From the NCBI GenBank assembly GCA_963422375.2, contig OY729428.2:384001-448000 (forward strand): 64,000 bases of DNA, in the 5' to 3' direction. The DNA is from Bryobacterales bacterium. GTDB lineage: Bacteria; Acidobacteriota; Terriglobia; Bryobacterales; UBA6623. Below are positions 10,850-21,461 of this stretch, in pieces. A program made the translations under genes and the position numbers. How positions within the stretch are numbered: position 1 is the first letter of the stretch; every line of letters begins with the position of its first letter. Under the pieces are notes generated by a model. That model was not told the DNA's origin and did no database searches. It saw only the letters and a list, made by a program, of their open reading frames with translations.

Positions 10850-11932
10850 ATGGCCGCTTTCGAGGAGCGGATCGATTCCGCCAGGGCCGCGCTCGACGCG
10901 CAGGTTCGCGAAACGATCGCCTGGCACTTCGACCCGGCGACCGGCTGCCCGTTCTGGCTCGACTTCGCGCGGGCCCGCCTCGGGTGGGACCCGCGCGACC
11001 GGATCGGCGGCTTCAGCGACCTGAAGCTGCTGCCGGCCTTCGAGGACGAGTGGCTGCGGGGCGGGCCGGTTCGGCGCTGGGTGCCGAAGGGACTGGCCCA
11101 CAAGCCCGTGTACGTCTTCGAGACAGGCGGGACGACAGGGGTCCCGAAGTCGCGCATCAACGTGGAGGACTTCCGCACGGACTACGCGGATTTCTCCAAG
11201 ACGCTCCCGGACGAGTTCTTCCCGCCCGGCTCGGACTGGCTGCACCTCGGCCCGAGCGGCCCGCGGCGGCTGCGTCTGGCGGTCGAGTACCTAGCCCAGG
11301 TTCGCGGCGGGATCTGCTTCTCGGTGGACCTCGATCCGCGGTGGGTGGTGAAGCTGCTCAAGCGGGGCCATTTCGAGGAAGCCGAGCGCTACAAGCAGCA
11401 CTGCATCGACCAGGCGCTGACGATCCTCAAGGCGCATCCGGGCGTCCGCTGCCTCTTCGCGACGCCGAAACTGCTGGAGGGGCTGTGCGAGCGCACCTCC
11501 CTCCGCAGGCACGGGATCACCGGGGTCTTCTGCGGGGGCACGGAGATGACGCCCGAATTCCATCGGTTCGCACGCGAGGAGCTGCTGGAAGGCGCCTATT
11601 TCGCAGCCACCTACGGCAACACGTTGATGGGGCTGGCTTGCCACAAGCCGTTCGATCCGGCGGACAACCACGCCATCATCTACTACCCGCCGCAACCGAG
11701 GGCGGTGCTCGAGGTCTGCGATCCCGACAGCTTGGATCAGGTCGTGGGCTACGGAGAGACCGGGCGGGCGGTCCTGACCACGCTGACCAAGGAGTTCTTC
11801 GTGCCGCGGTTCCCGGAGCGGGACAGCTGCGAGCGCGAGCCTCCAATCGAGCTGTACCCCTGGGACGGCGTTCGCAACGTGCGGCCGTTCCAGGACCCCA
11901 AGAGCGCCGGGGTCACGGTCGGCGTCTACTGA
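10850..11932 (+). CDS. EhpF-like truncated adenylate-forming (ANL-fold) protein
   Basis: WHFDPATGCPFWL, FETGGTTGVPK (P-loop-like), GGTEM, YGNTLMG, GETGR..LTTLTKEFFVPRFPERD. Family recognised from memory. Confidence 0.7.
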   Translation: MAAFEERIDSARAALDAQVRETIAWHFDPATGCPFWLDFARARLGWDPRDRIGGFSDLKLLPAFEDEWLRGGPVRRWVPKGLAHKPVYVFETGGTTGVPKSRINVEDFRTDYADFSKTLPDEFFPPGSDWLHLGPSGPRRLRLAVEYLAQVRGGICFSVDLDPRWVVKLLKRGHFEEAERYKQHCIDQALTILKAHPGVRCLFATPKLLEGLCERTSLRRHGITGVFCGGTEMTPEFHRFAREELLEGAYFAATYGNTLMGLACHKPFDPADNHAIIYYPPQPRAVLEVCDPDSLDQVVGYGETGRAVLTTLTKEFFVPRFPERDSCEREPPIELYPWDGVRNVRPFQDPKSAGVTVGVY

Positions 11933-11944
11933 GGCAGGAGGCGC

Positions 11945-12403
11945 ATGATGCGGACGCAGCGGGTCGCGATGCCGGCGCTCGTGCTGGCCTGCGTCACGAA
12001 TCTGGGCCCGGTTTCCCTTCACGCCGGCCAAGACGAGGCCGACTCGGTCAGGCAGCTGGTCGCCGCATACGCGGCGGCCCGAGAATCGAGGGATGCCGCC
12101 GCGATCCGGAAGCTGTTCACCGAGGACGCCGACCAGCTCGTCTCTTCCGGAGTCTGGCGCAGGGGCCGGGCGGTCCTGGTCGAGGGAATGCTGGGCAGCT
12201 CGCGTCGCAATCCCGGCAGCCGGACGCTGACGGTCGAGACCGTTCGGTTCCCCGAGGACACCTTGGCCATCGCGGATGCGCGCTACGAAATCAAGGGGGC
12301 GGACCGCAACCCCGACCGCAAGATGTGGAGCACCTTCATCTGCCTGAGCACTCCGGACGGATGGAGGATCGCGGCGATCCGGAACATGCTTCCGGCACGG
12401 TAA
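11945..12403 (+). CDS. SgcJ/EcaC-like NTF2-fold protein (DUF4440-like), secreted
   Basis: Signal peptide; [21 protein letters not shown]...AIAD, WRIAAIR. Confidence 0.8.
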   Translation: MMRTQRVAMPALVLACVTNLGPVSLHAGQDEADSVRQLVAAYAAARESRDAAAIRKLFTEDADQLVSSGVWRRGRAVLVEGMLGSSRRNPGSRTLTVETVRFPEDTLAIADARYEIKGADRNPDRKMWSTFICLSTPDGWRIAAIRNMLPAR

Positions 12404-12914
12404 CTGCGAGGCCGGGCGGCTAGCTTCGAGCACGCGGCTAGTTCTCTTGCGAGGCGAAAGTTCCGGCACCGACGGGCGGCTTCCAGCAGAGGCGTCCGCG
12501 CTACTTCCAAGCGCTGGGCCGCACTCCCAGGCCCAGCCCAAAGCCTCGGCAAGACGGCATCTTTCCGGTCACCCGTCCGAGAGCAAGCGCTATAATTACC
12601 TTCGTCACAATAGTGCTGCACGTAGGTCACGAATAGACACGAATTCGCGAGCTTCGAGTCCGTTCAATGTCGATTGTTTCGCTACGCAGGGGACCGAAAT
12701 GGAACTTGGACGGTGACTAAAGGCTCTTTTTGTTTCAGCTTGTTATTAATGCTCTCGAGCGTTGGAATGTGAGGCGCCCCGAGCAGATCCATCCAGCAAG
12801 GACCAGATCCTCCCCGCGGCCTTATCGGTCCTGAATAAAGTGCCATTGGACCGTGTAAATCAGATACAATCATACTTACCTCATAAGGACGCCAATTCGG
12901 AAAGTATAGTTCAT

Positions 12915-13966
12915 CCTGATTACCAACGAACGTCAGCCGAGGATATGCTATATTGGAGGAGGTCGGAAATCTCTGACAGGAAAGGGGATAGCAGATGAAA
13001 CGCAATCGCGTGCAATGCCAGAAGGGACTCAGCCCGGGCAAGTTCCTGCAGCGCTACGGCAGCGAGGGGCCATGCGAGCAGGCCGTCTTCAAGGCCCGCC
13101 GGCCGGACGGCTTCCGCTGCCCGGAGTGCGGCTCCCGACGGCACTGCCGCATCCGCTCCCGCAAGCTCTGGCAGTGCCATGCCTGCCACCGCCGGACCTC
13201 CCTCGTCGCCGGCACGATCTTCGCCGCCACCAAGCTGCCGCTGACCGTCCGGTTCCTGGCGATCCACCTGCTGACGCAGGGCCAGCACGGCGTTTCGTCG
13301 CTGGAACTGGCGCGGCAGCTGGGCGTGAGCCGGAACACGGCTTGGAAGATGAAGCACAAGCTCTTGCAAGTGATGAAGGAGCGCGACGAGCGCGTGCCGC
13401 CGGGCGGCATCGTGCAGGTGGACGACGCCTACTGGGGCCTGCTGGGGCGGGGAGCGGACCGGCGGCAAGCGCGGTCGCGGCGCGGCGGGCCAGACGCCGT
13501 TCGTCGCCGCCGTGCAGGTCACCCAGGTCACCGCCGACGGCAAGCCGGCAAGGATGCGCCTGAGCAGCGTGGCGGGCTTCCGCAAGAAGACGCTGGCAGC
13601 ATGGGCCGGACGGCACTTGCAGCCCGGCACGGAGGTGCATTCCGACGGCCCGGCCTGCTTCCGGGGCGTGGCCGACGCCGGCTGCGAGCACGTGCCGACC
13701 GTCACCGCAGGCGGGCAGCGGAGCTGCGGGGATTCCCGCTTCTTCCGGGTCAGCACGATGCTGGGGAACGTCAAGCAGTCCCTGGCGGGAACCTGCCATG
13801 CGCTCGACGGCAAGCACCTGCCGCGGTACCTCGCCGAGTTCCGCTACCGCTTCAACCGCCGCTACGATCTGCAGGTGCTGGTCCCCCGCCTGCTCCACGC
13901 CTCCGTGCGCACCCCGCCCATGCCTTACCGCCTCCTAACCTTGGCTGAGTCTTGTGGGTAATCAGG
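12915..13966 (+). mobile_element. IS1595-family insertion sequence, copy A (1052 bp)
   Basis: Imperfect TIRs cctgattaccaacgaacgtcagccgagg / (reverse complement) cctgattacccacaagactcagccaagg; perfect 8-bp TSD TAGTTCAT at 12907-12914 and 13967-13974. Confidence 0.95.
12995..13961 (+). pseudogene. IS1595 transposase, frameshifted
   Basis: Zn finger CPECG..WQCHAC, AGTIF..TKLPL, VQVDDAYWG; a 10-bp duplication at 13429-13448 shifts the frame to GGKRGRGA..TPFV...HSDG...KHLPRYLAEFRYRFNRR. Confidence 0.92.
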
Positions 13967-15864
13967 TAGTTCATTGAGCGGAAGTGCAGTGTTCCGCTTC
14001 GTATAGTCTACGAGCTTATCTTGGACTACCCAGATTGTGCGTCCACCCCAACTATTTGCTGCTTCCGACTTCGGAATCAATTACGATGCCATCCTTGCCC
14101 ACACTTGCTTAATATTGACACCGGGCGCATTGACACGGGTGTCACCGCCAATCAACTGTGTGTGCAGACACGACGACACTACGAAACGCACCTCGTATGT
14201 CCGTCCCTAGAGAACGATTTCCACCGGAGGTGGAACAAGTCATGACTTCAACAATGACAGGCGGAGCGTTCTCGCGAGTACTGCGCAGCACGTAGTCAAG
14301 TCGGTAATTGAATTGTCCGCTACCCTCGCTTGAATCCCGCAGAGTTATCTCCGACCAAATTGAAATCCTCTCGTCAGGCTTGAATCCGCCAACAGAACGG
14401 ACTCTATTTGCCAATTCACATTGGGACTGAGACACTCCACTAGCCGTGAAGGAGAGTAGACTGCGCGGACAGATTGCCGAATTATCGTCTTCCCTTGGCA
14501 GCCTTATTCAGCAGATACCACAAGGGAAGTATCCTCCTGTAGTGCGCTCAACGGTATCGTTGAAAAATGGTCTCAGCCTTTCTTCAGACGCTGACACTCG
14601 AGCCATGTCACGATTTCTACCGCCGTCACAAGTGGCATTCATGAACGGGCAACGGGCTAACCTACATGCATCCAAGTCAATCTGCGGCTGTCGTAGCCGC
14701 TGGGACGCATGTGATTGCCTCTGTCCTCTGAGGCGTTGATCGTACAGCTCCTCTACGATTTCCACAAGCTTCTCCTCAAGGCTTGGACAACGGAACGGAT
14801 CATTGGCGGAGGCACTGCATTGGCAAACTGCCGGTGCTGGTCGAGATCACGCACTACTCCGGTGCGACGACGGATTGGCCCTTCAAGAATATGCTTGTCG
14901 GGGAATCCTTGAAGCCTTGCGGCTTCCCTAGTCGTTATATACCGATCTTCGATCGGATGATACAGGGCTTCTCCACAACGCAATGTCGGGGCTAGATGAG
15001 CCCTCTGGAGTCGTCGAAATTTCGTCGTGTACTTACGAGTCATAGTTCGCAAAATATCGGGAGAAACTCCGGGTGATTTCGACAACAAAAGCCCCTATGA
15101 CACATAGGAAATTCGCGTCCTTTTTCGTAATATTGTAGCATCAATATGGTTCGGAATTAGCGGTGATAAATTTCCATTTATTTTTGGTAATGGAAGACCC
15201 TATAATACGCTGCCTACTGTCGGATTTGAGCTCGAAATCGCGAATGGAAATTCAAACGTATGTCCGCGTAAAACACAGACAATTACAGCTCGTCTTCGAC
15301 GCTGTTCCACGCCATGCCTGCTCGCGTCAATCACATCACAATGCATGTCATATTCTGGTCTCTTGAATTCCATGCGCAGCAACTCAACTAGTGAGCGGCC
15401 GTCTCCTGTGACCGTACGCAAGAACGTGGGGACTTGCTCAATCATAATCGCAGCCGGACGAATTACCTCAGCAAAGCGAATTAGGTCGAAAATAAGGGTG
15501 CCTCGGGGATCACTCAAGCCCTTTTTCTTTGGGAATTATATATCTGAGTGCCGACGACGCCATATCCGGCTAGAACTGCTCTGATTGGGGAAGTCGCCGT
15601 CTAGCTCGGATCTTTCGTGTGCGGCCGAGGTGGGCACCGAAAGGTCGGTTCGTATCTGAATGGCGCCTGCAAGCGGATCTCGCGACGCACGGACTGGAGA
15701 GGCCGCCTCGGACGCCCCGGTCGAACCCGGATTGCCGTGGAGAGGCTCCCCTTCCAGGACGGCTGCATCTATGAATAATCCGGGCTGGACACCGGTCGCG
15801 GGGCGGGATTCCGGATCCGGAGCGCCCTTCGCACCGAGTGTGAAGAGAGGCCGCAGCGGACCGG

Positions 15865-16741
15865 CTAGGCCGTGCTCGGGCCGCGACCGCGGCCTTGCCG
15901 ACCAGTTGCCGGTAGGTCAGCGTCCGGCCGACCGGGCCCCGCGCCATGCGCCGCATCCGTTCCGCCGTGTCGCAGTTGCGGGCGTTGCGCCGTCCCGCGA
16001 ACTCCGTGAGGTAGCGGCCCGAATGTTGGACGCTGATCCGGTGATAGGTTCCGTAGAGGCCGCGCTTGAACAGGGACCGGAACGACTCGATGCCGTTCGT
16101 ACGCGCTGTCCCGCGCACGTACTCGTCGCCGGAGTGCTTGACGCCCTCGTGCGCGAACTCCGCCATGCCGGCGCAGGCCGCCGCCTCGTCGAAGCGGACC
16201 TGCGCGCCCGGCGCGACCCGGCCGCGCACGAAGCCCTGCAGGTCGCCCTCGGTCGTGCCCGGCAGCGGCCGGGCGGCCACTTCGTTCGTGGCGCGGTCCC
16301 GCGCGCCCGCCACGGGGGTCTTGCCGACCGGCCCGCGCCCGGCACGCGCGAATGCGGTGCGCCAGGTGCACAGGCCGACTTCCGGCTGATGCCTGGGTCG
16401 CGGTGCAGCTTCATGCCGGAGACGCCCTTGAGGCCGGTGGTCAGCAGGAACAGGGCGATGGCCCGGACGCGGTAGCCGAGCTTGGTGTCGGCCATCACGC
16501 TGCCGGTGCGCACGGAAAAGCGCTTGCCGCAGCCGCGGCAACGGTACGGCATCGAAGGGTGGGCCGCGCCGGACTGCACGCTGGAGCCGCGGCAGCGGGG
16601 GCATGCCGGATCGTCCGGCCAGCGCATGGAGGCGAACCACTTTTCCGCGGATTCGTCATCGGGGAACATGGCGATCACTTCGATCAATGTGATGCCTTTA
16701 CGAAACCACTTCCCGGGACCTTTCTGCTTCGACTTCTTCAA
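15865..16741 (-). pseudogene. IS1595 transposase with frameshifts and an internal deletion
   Basis: RWPDDPACPRC, YRCRGCGKRFSVRTG, KGVSGMKLHRD; the EvDE motif region is missing; resumes at GKTPVAG...TNGIESF.SLFKRG..GTYH.IS...RYL.EF..R.N. The 3' end is approximate. Confidence 0.88.
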
Positions 16742-16764
16742 CTACTACCTCCTATATTGGAACT

Positions 16765-16794
16765 ATTCTATCAAGAAACTCCACAGACTGTCAA
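16765..16794 (-). promoter_or_regulatory. Sigma70-type promoter of the IS transposase
   Basis: TTGACA-18 bp-TAGAAT with an extended TG, followed by AGGAGG and the TTG start at 16741. Confidence 0.7.
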
Positions 16795-17573
16795 CAGATA
16801 TCCGGAAGAAATATCAAAATTGATTTATGGATTGATAATTTGCCAAATCGGTTGCTTAGGCACTCAGATATATAATTCCCTTTTCTTTCCAATTTGGCTA
16901 AACGGCTGGCACGGCGGTCCACCGTGGAGCAGCGCCAGCTCGTCTTTCCCAATCCCCAGAACGTCCAGCACGCGGTCAGGATCAATGTGTCGCACATCTG
17001 CCTGCCACACGATCTCATGACTTCCGTTACGGCGCAACGTGGCAGCGCAATGAGGATCGCTCTCTATTGCGCACACAGTCTCGAAGCCGGCGTCGGCAAC
17101 ACCTATGTCCATGCCGCCAGCTCCGGAGAACAGACTGACTGCTCTGAGTAGCGCGGATTGTCCGCGCTGGACTGTACCTGCTGCCGGGCTACCCGGATGC
17201 ATACGAGTACAGAGTAATATATTTTCAACGTCCACTCGCAACAGGTCCCGAGCGGCCAAGCCGCGACTCCTAGGTCTCGGTCGAGCGAACCCGGCCACGG
17301 ACTCACCGGCGCCTGCAGGGAGAATCCCTCCGCTCCATTCAAGGACGTAGCGACGACGTTCCCGACTTTGGGGCCAATCTGCGTCACCAGACCGCAGTCG
17401 CCGACGCCCGTGCGTGACTCGGGAAGGCATTTGCATGGCGCACGCGTCCCGCGGCCACTCTGGTGGAGCACTCTGAAGCGACGGCGGGCGAACTATTGCC
17501 AGCGTGGGCAGCCAGAGCCGAGCGGGTGCGTCCAGGTTTGCGCCCGGCGCTTCGATCCACGAAGATGTCTACC

Positions 17574-18842
17574 ATGAACCGTCGCCAGTTCCTCGGCACG
17601 GGCAGCTCGCTCGCTACCGCCGCCCAGCTCCGGTCGCAGGACGGCGATCGCATCGAGAGGGACAGGCAGGCCGCGCTGGACGCGCTGCGGCCCAGCCGGC
17701 GCGACCTGCAGTACGGGCTGCAGCTCCACAGGGAGTCGCTCGTCTTCGATGCCTACGGCTTCGCGCCGCGAGCCGCCATGGACGGGGACGCGGTGCGGGC
17801 GCTGGCGGCCGAGGGCGCCTCGGAAGCGGAGCTGCGGGACCAGCGCGAGGACATGACCATGACCCGCGCCGCCACCGTGGCAGCCGAACGCGCGGAGTTC
17901 ATCCGCGCTTGGAACGCCGCGGGCGTTACCTGCATATTCCAGAATTGCGGCGAGGAGAGCAGCGACCCGCTCCGCCTGATCAAGCGGCTGGCCCGATTCA
18001 CCTACCTTACGGACCACCTGCGCGGAATCTTGCGCCGGGCCGTCTCGCCGGACGACGTAGAGCGGGCTCGGGCCGAGGGCTCGGGCTGCCTGTATTTCAC
18101 CGGCAACGGAGTGCCGCTGACGCAGCAATGGAACTCGGTCGAGGACGAACTGCGCTACATCCGCATCTTCTTCCAGCTCGGAATCCGCATGATGCACGTC
18201 ACCTACAACCGGCGCAACCGGCTGGGCGACGGCTGCGCGGAAGCCGCGAACGGCGGCCTCAGCGACTTCGGGAGAGCCGCGATCGCCAGGATGAACGAGG
18301 TGGGCGTGGTCGTCGACGTCGCCCACTCGGGCTGGCAGACCAGCTTGGACTCGGCGCGCGCGTCGACAAGGCCCATGGTCGCGAGCCACACCACCTGCGG
18401 GGGAATCTACACCCACATACGGTCCAAGCCCGACGAAGTGATCCGCGCGATCGCGGACACCGGCGGATACGTCGGCATGTGCTGCATCCCTCGATTCCTG
18501 CGGGGCGCGGGAGACATCGGCGCCCTGCTGGATCACGTCGACTACGCCGTCGGGACGTTCGGGGCCGACCATGTGGCGATCGGCACGGACGTCGCCTACC
18601 GCTCCCGCTACACCGAGGCGGAGTCGCGCAAGGTGCCGGATCGAGGACCCGGCCGGACCCGCTTCGCCGCTCTATGGCCCGAGGACGATTTCGTGACGAC
18701 TCCTGCCATGACCCGCAGCCTCGCCTGGACCAACTGGCCTTTGTTCACGGTGGGCATGGTGCAGAGGGGCCACTCGGACGCGGTCATCCGCAAGGTCCTC
18801 GGCGGCAACGTGCTGAGGGTGGCCCGCGCAGCCCTGGGGTGA
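17574..18842 (+). CDS. Membrane dipeptidase (M19) family protein with Tat signal
   Basis: MNRRQFLG; LGIRMMHVTYNRRN, GLSDFG, VDVAHSG, ASHT, HVAIGTD, KVLGGN. Confidence 0.9.
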   Translation: MNRRQFLGTGSSLATAAQLRSQDGDRIERDRQAALDALRPSRRDLQYGLQLHRESLVFDAYGFAPRAAMDGDAVRALAAEGASEAELRDQREDMTMTRAATVAAERAEFIRAWNAAGVTCIFQNCGEESSDPLRLIKRLARFTYLTDHLRGILRRAVSPDDVERARAEGSGCLYFTGNGVPLTQQWNSVEDELRYIRIFFQLGIRMMHVTYNRRNRLGDGCAEAANGGLSDFGRAAIARMNEVGVVVDVAHSGWQTSLDSARASTRPMVASHTTCGGIYTHIRSKPDEVIRAIADTGGYVGMCCIPRFLRGAGDIGALLDHVDYAVGTFGADHVAIGTDVAYRSRYTEAESRKVPDRGPGRTRFAALWPEDDFVTTPAMTRSLAWTNWPLFTVGMVQRGHSDAVIRKVLGGNVLRVARAALG

Positions 18843-18968
18843 GTCGCGCCCGCGCGTCGCGTCGGGGGGAGCCGCGGGGCGCGACGAGCGCTGACCGACG
18901 CTCGCTCGCAGTCCTAGGTGCGGACGAAGGGCGGCGTCCTGCAACCCGCGATTCGCTACCCTTGTCGC

Positions 18969-20180
18969 GTGACGCGCAGGAATTTCGTCGCCGGCTCGGG
19001 CCTTTCGGCGCTCGCGGCCGGTCGCGTGATGGGCTCCAACGACCGGATCGGCGTCGGCATCCTCGGGTGCGGGCGGCGGAACCTTCTCGGACAGGTCCTC
19101 GAGTTCGGCGGGCAGGCCAATGCCGAGGTGCGCGCCGTTTGCGACATCTGGGAGCGGCAGCGCGAGGCGGCCGCGGCCAAGGTGCTCGACGCGACCGGTG
19201 CCAGCCCCGAGCGGGTTCACGACTACGAGGAGATGCTCGCTCGCGACGACATCGACGTCGTGGTGATCGGGACGCCGGACCACCAGCACTGCAGGCAGCT
19301 GATCGACGCCGTCGGGGCCGGCAAGGACGCCTACGTGGAGAAGCCGCTGGCCATGGATCTGAAGGAGCTGCGACAAGCTTGCGACGCGGTGAAGGCATCC
19401 CGACGGATCGCGCAGGTCGGGACGCAGGTGCGCAGCTTCCCTTCGGCGGTCGCCGCCCGCGCCTTCGTGCAGTCCGGAGGCCTCGGAAAGATCTTCAAGA
19501 TCGAGCAGTCGCGCAATTCCTACAAGCCCTACTGGTACCGCTACGCCGAGCGGCGCCTGGAGCCGAGCGAGACGGACTGGAAGCGATTCCTGATGCACCG
19601 AAGGCAGCGCCCGTGGGACTCGCAGCAGTACGCCGGCTGGTTCGGATACCGCGACTTCTCGCAGGGCCCGCACAGCAATCTGGGCGTGCATTTCTTCGAT
19701 CTCGTGCATTTCGTCACCGGAGCCGGACCGCCTGCCAGGGCCGTCACAATGGCCGGCTCGTTCCGCTGGAATCGCGACGGCTTCGACGTGCCGGACTCGG
19801 TGGAGACCACGCTGGAATATCCGGACGAGGGCTTTCTGGTCCGATACTGCTCGACGTTCGGAGTCCGCGGTCACAACTACCTCCGGTTCTTCGGGTCGCG
19901 CGGCATGATGGACGCGACCCGCTGGGGCGAGCCGTTCGTCGTCAGCGGGGACACGGTGGAAGACCCCGACCGGATCGGCGACGGCACGGTCATCGGCGAG
20001 GCCGAGAGCGTGCCGCACATGTTGAACTTCCTGGAGTGCGTGCGCTCCAGGCAGGAACCGCACGCCCCGATCGAGGCCGGCTACAGCCACTCCGTGGCGG
20101 CGATCCTGGCGGACGAAGCGTTCGTGCGTGGGGCGGGGGCCGAGTTCGACGCCCGAAAGCGGAGAATCCGCGGAGGCTAG
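18969..20180 (+). CDS. Gfo/Idh/MocA family oxidoreductase with Tat signal
   Basis: VTRRNFV, IGVGILGCG, IGTPDHQH, DAYVEKPL, QVGTQVRS. Confidence 0.92.
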   Translation: MTRRNFVAGSGLSALAAGRVMGSNDRIGVGILGCGRRNLLGQVLEFGGQANAEVRAVCDIWERQREAAAAKVLDATGASPERVHDYEEMLARDDIDVVVIGTPDHQHCRQLIDAVGAGKDAYVEKPLAMDLKELRQACDAVKASRRIAQVGTQVRSFPSAVAARAFVQSGGLGKIFKIEQSRNSYKPYWYRYAERRLEPSETDWKRFLMHRRQRPWDSQQYAGWFGYRDFSQGPHSNLGVHFFDLVHFVTGAGPPARAVTMAGSFRWNRDGFDVPDSVETTLEYPDEGFLVRYCSTFGVRGHNYLRFFGSRGMMDATRWGEPFVVSGDTVEDPDRIGDGTVIGEAESVPHMLNFLECVRSRQEPHAPIEAGYSHSVAAILADEAFVRGAGAEFDARKRRIRGG

Positions 20181-20256
20181 CCCATGCGCTCGGCCTCGAT
20201 ACGCTCGGGCCCGACGGCTCGGGCCGTCGCGGTGGCGGGACGGGCGAGCGGTCCGC

Positions 20257-21438
20257 TCATTTCCAGTCCGGCCATCCAAGCAGGCGTCGCTCGGACCAGT
20301 ACAGGTCGTGGTAATCGACGTCCTCGCTCGGCTTGCCCGGACGTGCCAAGGCGCGCGCAACCCGCTCGGCAACGGTCTCGGCGTCGTCCTCGGTCAGTAC
20401 CCGGAGATCGAGCCACAGTTGGCGCCTCCCGTTGTCGGCTCGCTGCACCCAGACCGGCGGGTCGCCTTCGCGAAGGAGGTTGGCGACGGCTTGCGCGGTC
20501 GCTTCGCAGTCGGCGGGGAGCGAGCAGACCACCGAGTACGGATTCGGCCCGCGCCGCAGCGGCAGCCGCCGGGCGAGGATGCGCGCGACCGCGTTCCAGA
20601 GGCGCCCCTGCGCCCCGGCGTCTCGCTCGTACCACGCCCTGAGGGCGACGATGCAGCCCACGATGCCCTCCTTGCCGACCTTCATCGCGCGGCCGATGCC
20701 GTAGTTCTGCAGGTAGCAGGCGCGGACCGGATCGACCTTGCCGCAGATCATGCCCGCCGTCGGTGCCCCCATCTGCTTGTGCGCGCTGGTGACCACGATG
20801 TCGGCCCCGGCTTCGAGAAACGGTCGGACATCGGGCCCGGCGGCTGTGTCCACGATGATCGGCACGCCTCTCGCAGCCGCCAGTTCCACGCAATCCTCCA
20901 GCGAGAGGAAGGCTCCGGCGGGATTGACGTCCCCCGAATCGACGTAGACAACAGCCGCGACACCGTCACCCAAGGCACCGCGGAGGTGATGCCGGTCGCA
21001 ATGGTTGGCCGTGCCGATGCGCTCGACCCGCGCGCCGCTGAGCCGGATCATCTGCGAGACCGGAGCGCCGAAATTGACATCGTGAGCGAGGGGCAGGACG
21101 ACGCGATCAGGCAGGCCGGCCGCGTCGGGAAGCCGGGAAATCCGCGCTAGGTCGGCCCCGGTCATGGCAGCGGCGGCAGCCACCGCCAGGGCGGCCGAGC
21201 ACGACGACGTGACGCAACCAGCCTCCGCCCCGGTGTACCGGCTGATGAACCGACTGGCGGACGCTTGCAGCTCGTCGATCTCGACGCTGATCCGCAGGGC
21301 GCAGTCGACGGCGGCCCGCACTTCTTCCGTGGCCGTGCCGGCGCCGAGGATCGTGGGCATGCCCATCGCGTTGAGCGCCCGGCGGACGCCGAGCCGACGG
21401 CAGAGCTCGTCGGGGTCCCGCACGCGCGCCGCCGGCAC
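20257..21438 (-). CDS. SelA-like/DgaE-like PLP-dependent enzyme
   Basis: LNAMGMPTILG, TGAEAGCVTSSC, IVDTAA, SAHKQMGAPTAG (PLP lysine), GIGRAMKVGKE. Start codon uncertain. Confidence 0.85.
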   Translation of the reverse strand: MPAARVRDPDELCRRLGVRRALNAMGMPTILGAGTATEEVRAAVDCALRISVEIDELQASASRFISRYTGAEAGCVTSSCSAALAVAAAAAMTGADLARISRLPDAAGLPDRVVLPLAHDVNFGAPVSQMIRLSGARVERIGTANHCDRHHLRGALGDGVAAVVYVDSGDVNPAGAFLSLEDCVELAAARGVPIIVDTAAGPDVRPFLEAGADIVVTSAHKQMGAPTAGMICGKVDPVRACYLQNYGIGRAMKVGKEGIVGCIVALRAWYERDAGAQGRLWNAVARILARRLPLRRGPNPYSVVCSLPADCEATAQAVANLLREGDPPVWVQRADNGRRQLWLDLRVLTEDDAETVAERVARALARPGKPSEDVDYHDLYWSERRLLGWPDWK

Positions 21439-21461
21439 GAGAAGCTTCCGCCGGAGGCGCG

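Larger units (their letters stand above)
12682..14765 (-). pseudogene. NotI-like (Cys4) type II restriction endonuclease, with stops, a frameshift and an IS insertion
   Basis: Joined fragments: CPFMNATCDGG...PCGIC*...ICPR...RLDYVL...PVIVEVMTCSTSGGN...PGVNIKQVWARMAS*LIPKSE..WGGRTIWVVQD...NEL|IS|YFPNW...stop at 12682. Low GC; overlaps the MTase stop codon. Confidence 0.7.
15531..16880 (-). mobile_element. IS1595-family insertion sequence of a second type (1350 bp)
   Basis: Perfect 22-bp TIR GGGAATTATATATCTGAGTGCC; 8-bp TSD TTTTCTTT at 15523-15530 and 16881-16888. Confidence 0.95.
14753..17202 (-). pseudogene. C5 cytosine DNA methyltransferase split by an IS, with an additional stop and frameshift
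   Basis: SLFSGAGGMD (motif I), GGPPCQPFS (IV), |IS| KGLSDPRG, MIEQV (VI), QRRRR (VIII), HPIEDRYITTREAARLQGFPD (IX), QFANAVPP (X). The frame rejoins exactly once the IS and one TSD copy are removed. Confidence 0.93.

Noticed and set aside
10850..12403. Phenazine biosynthetic cluster
   Set aside because: No phzA/B, D, E, F or G homologs in the window; the NTF2-fold protein has a signal peptide.
13429..13448. Programmed frameshift in the IS1595 transposase
   Set aside because: No slippery heptamer; a 10-bp duplication explains the shift fully.
20257..21438. Selenocysteine synthase selA
   Set aside because: Lacks the SelA N-terminal domain and there is no selB/selC nearby; the motifs fit the DgaE/SelA-like group.
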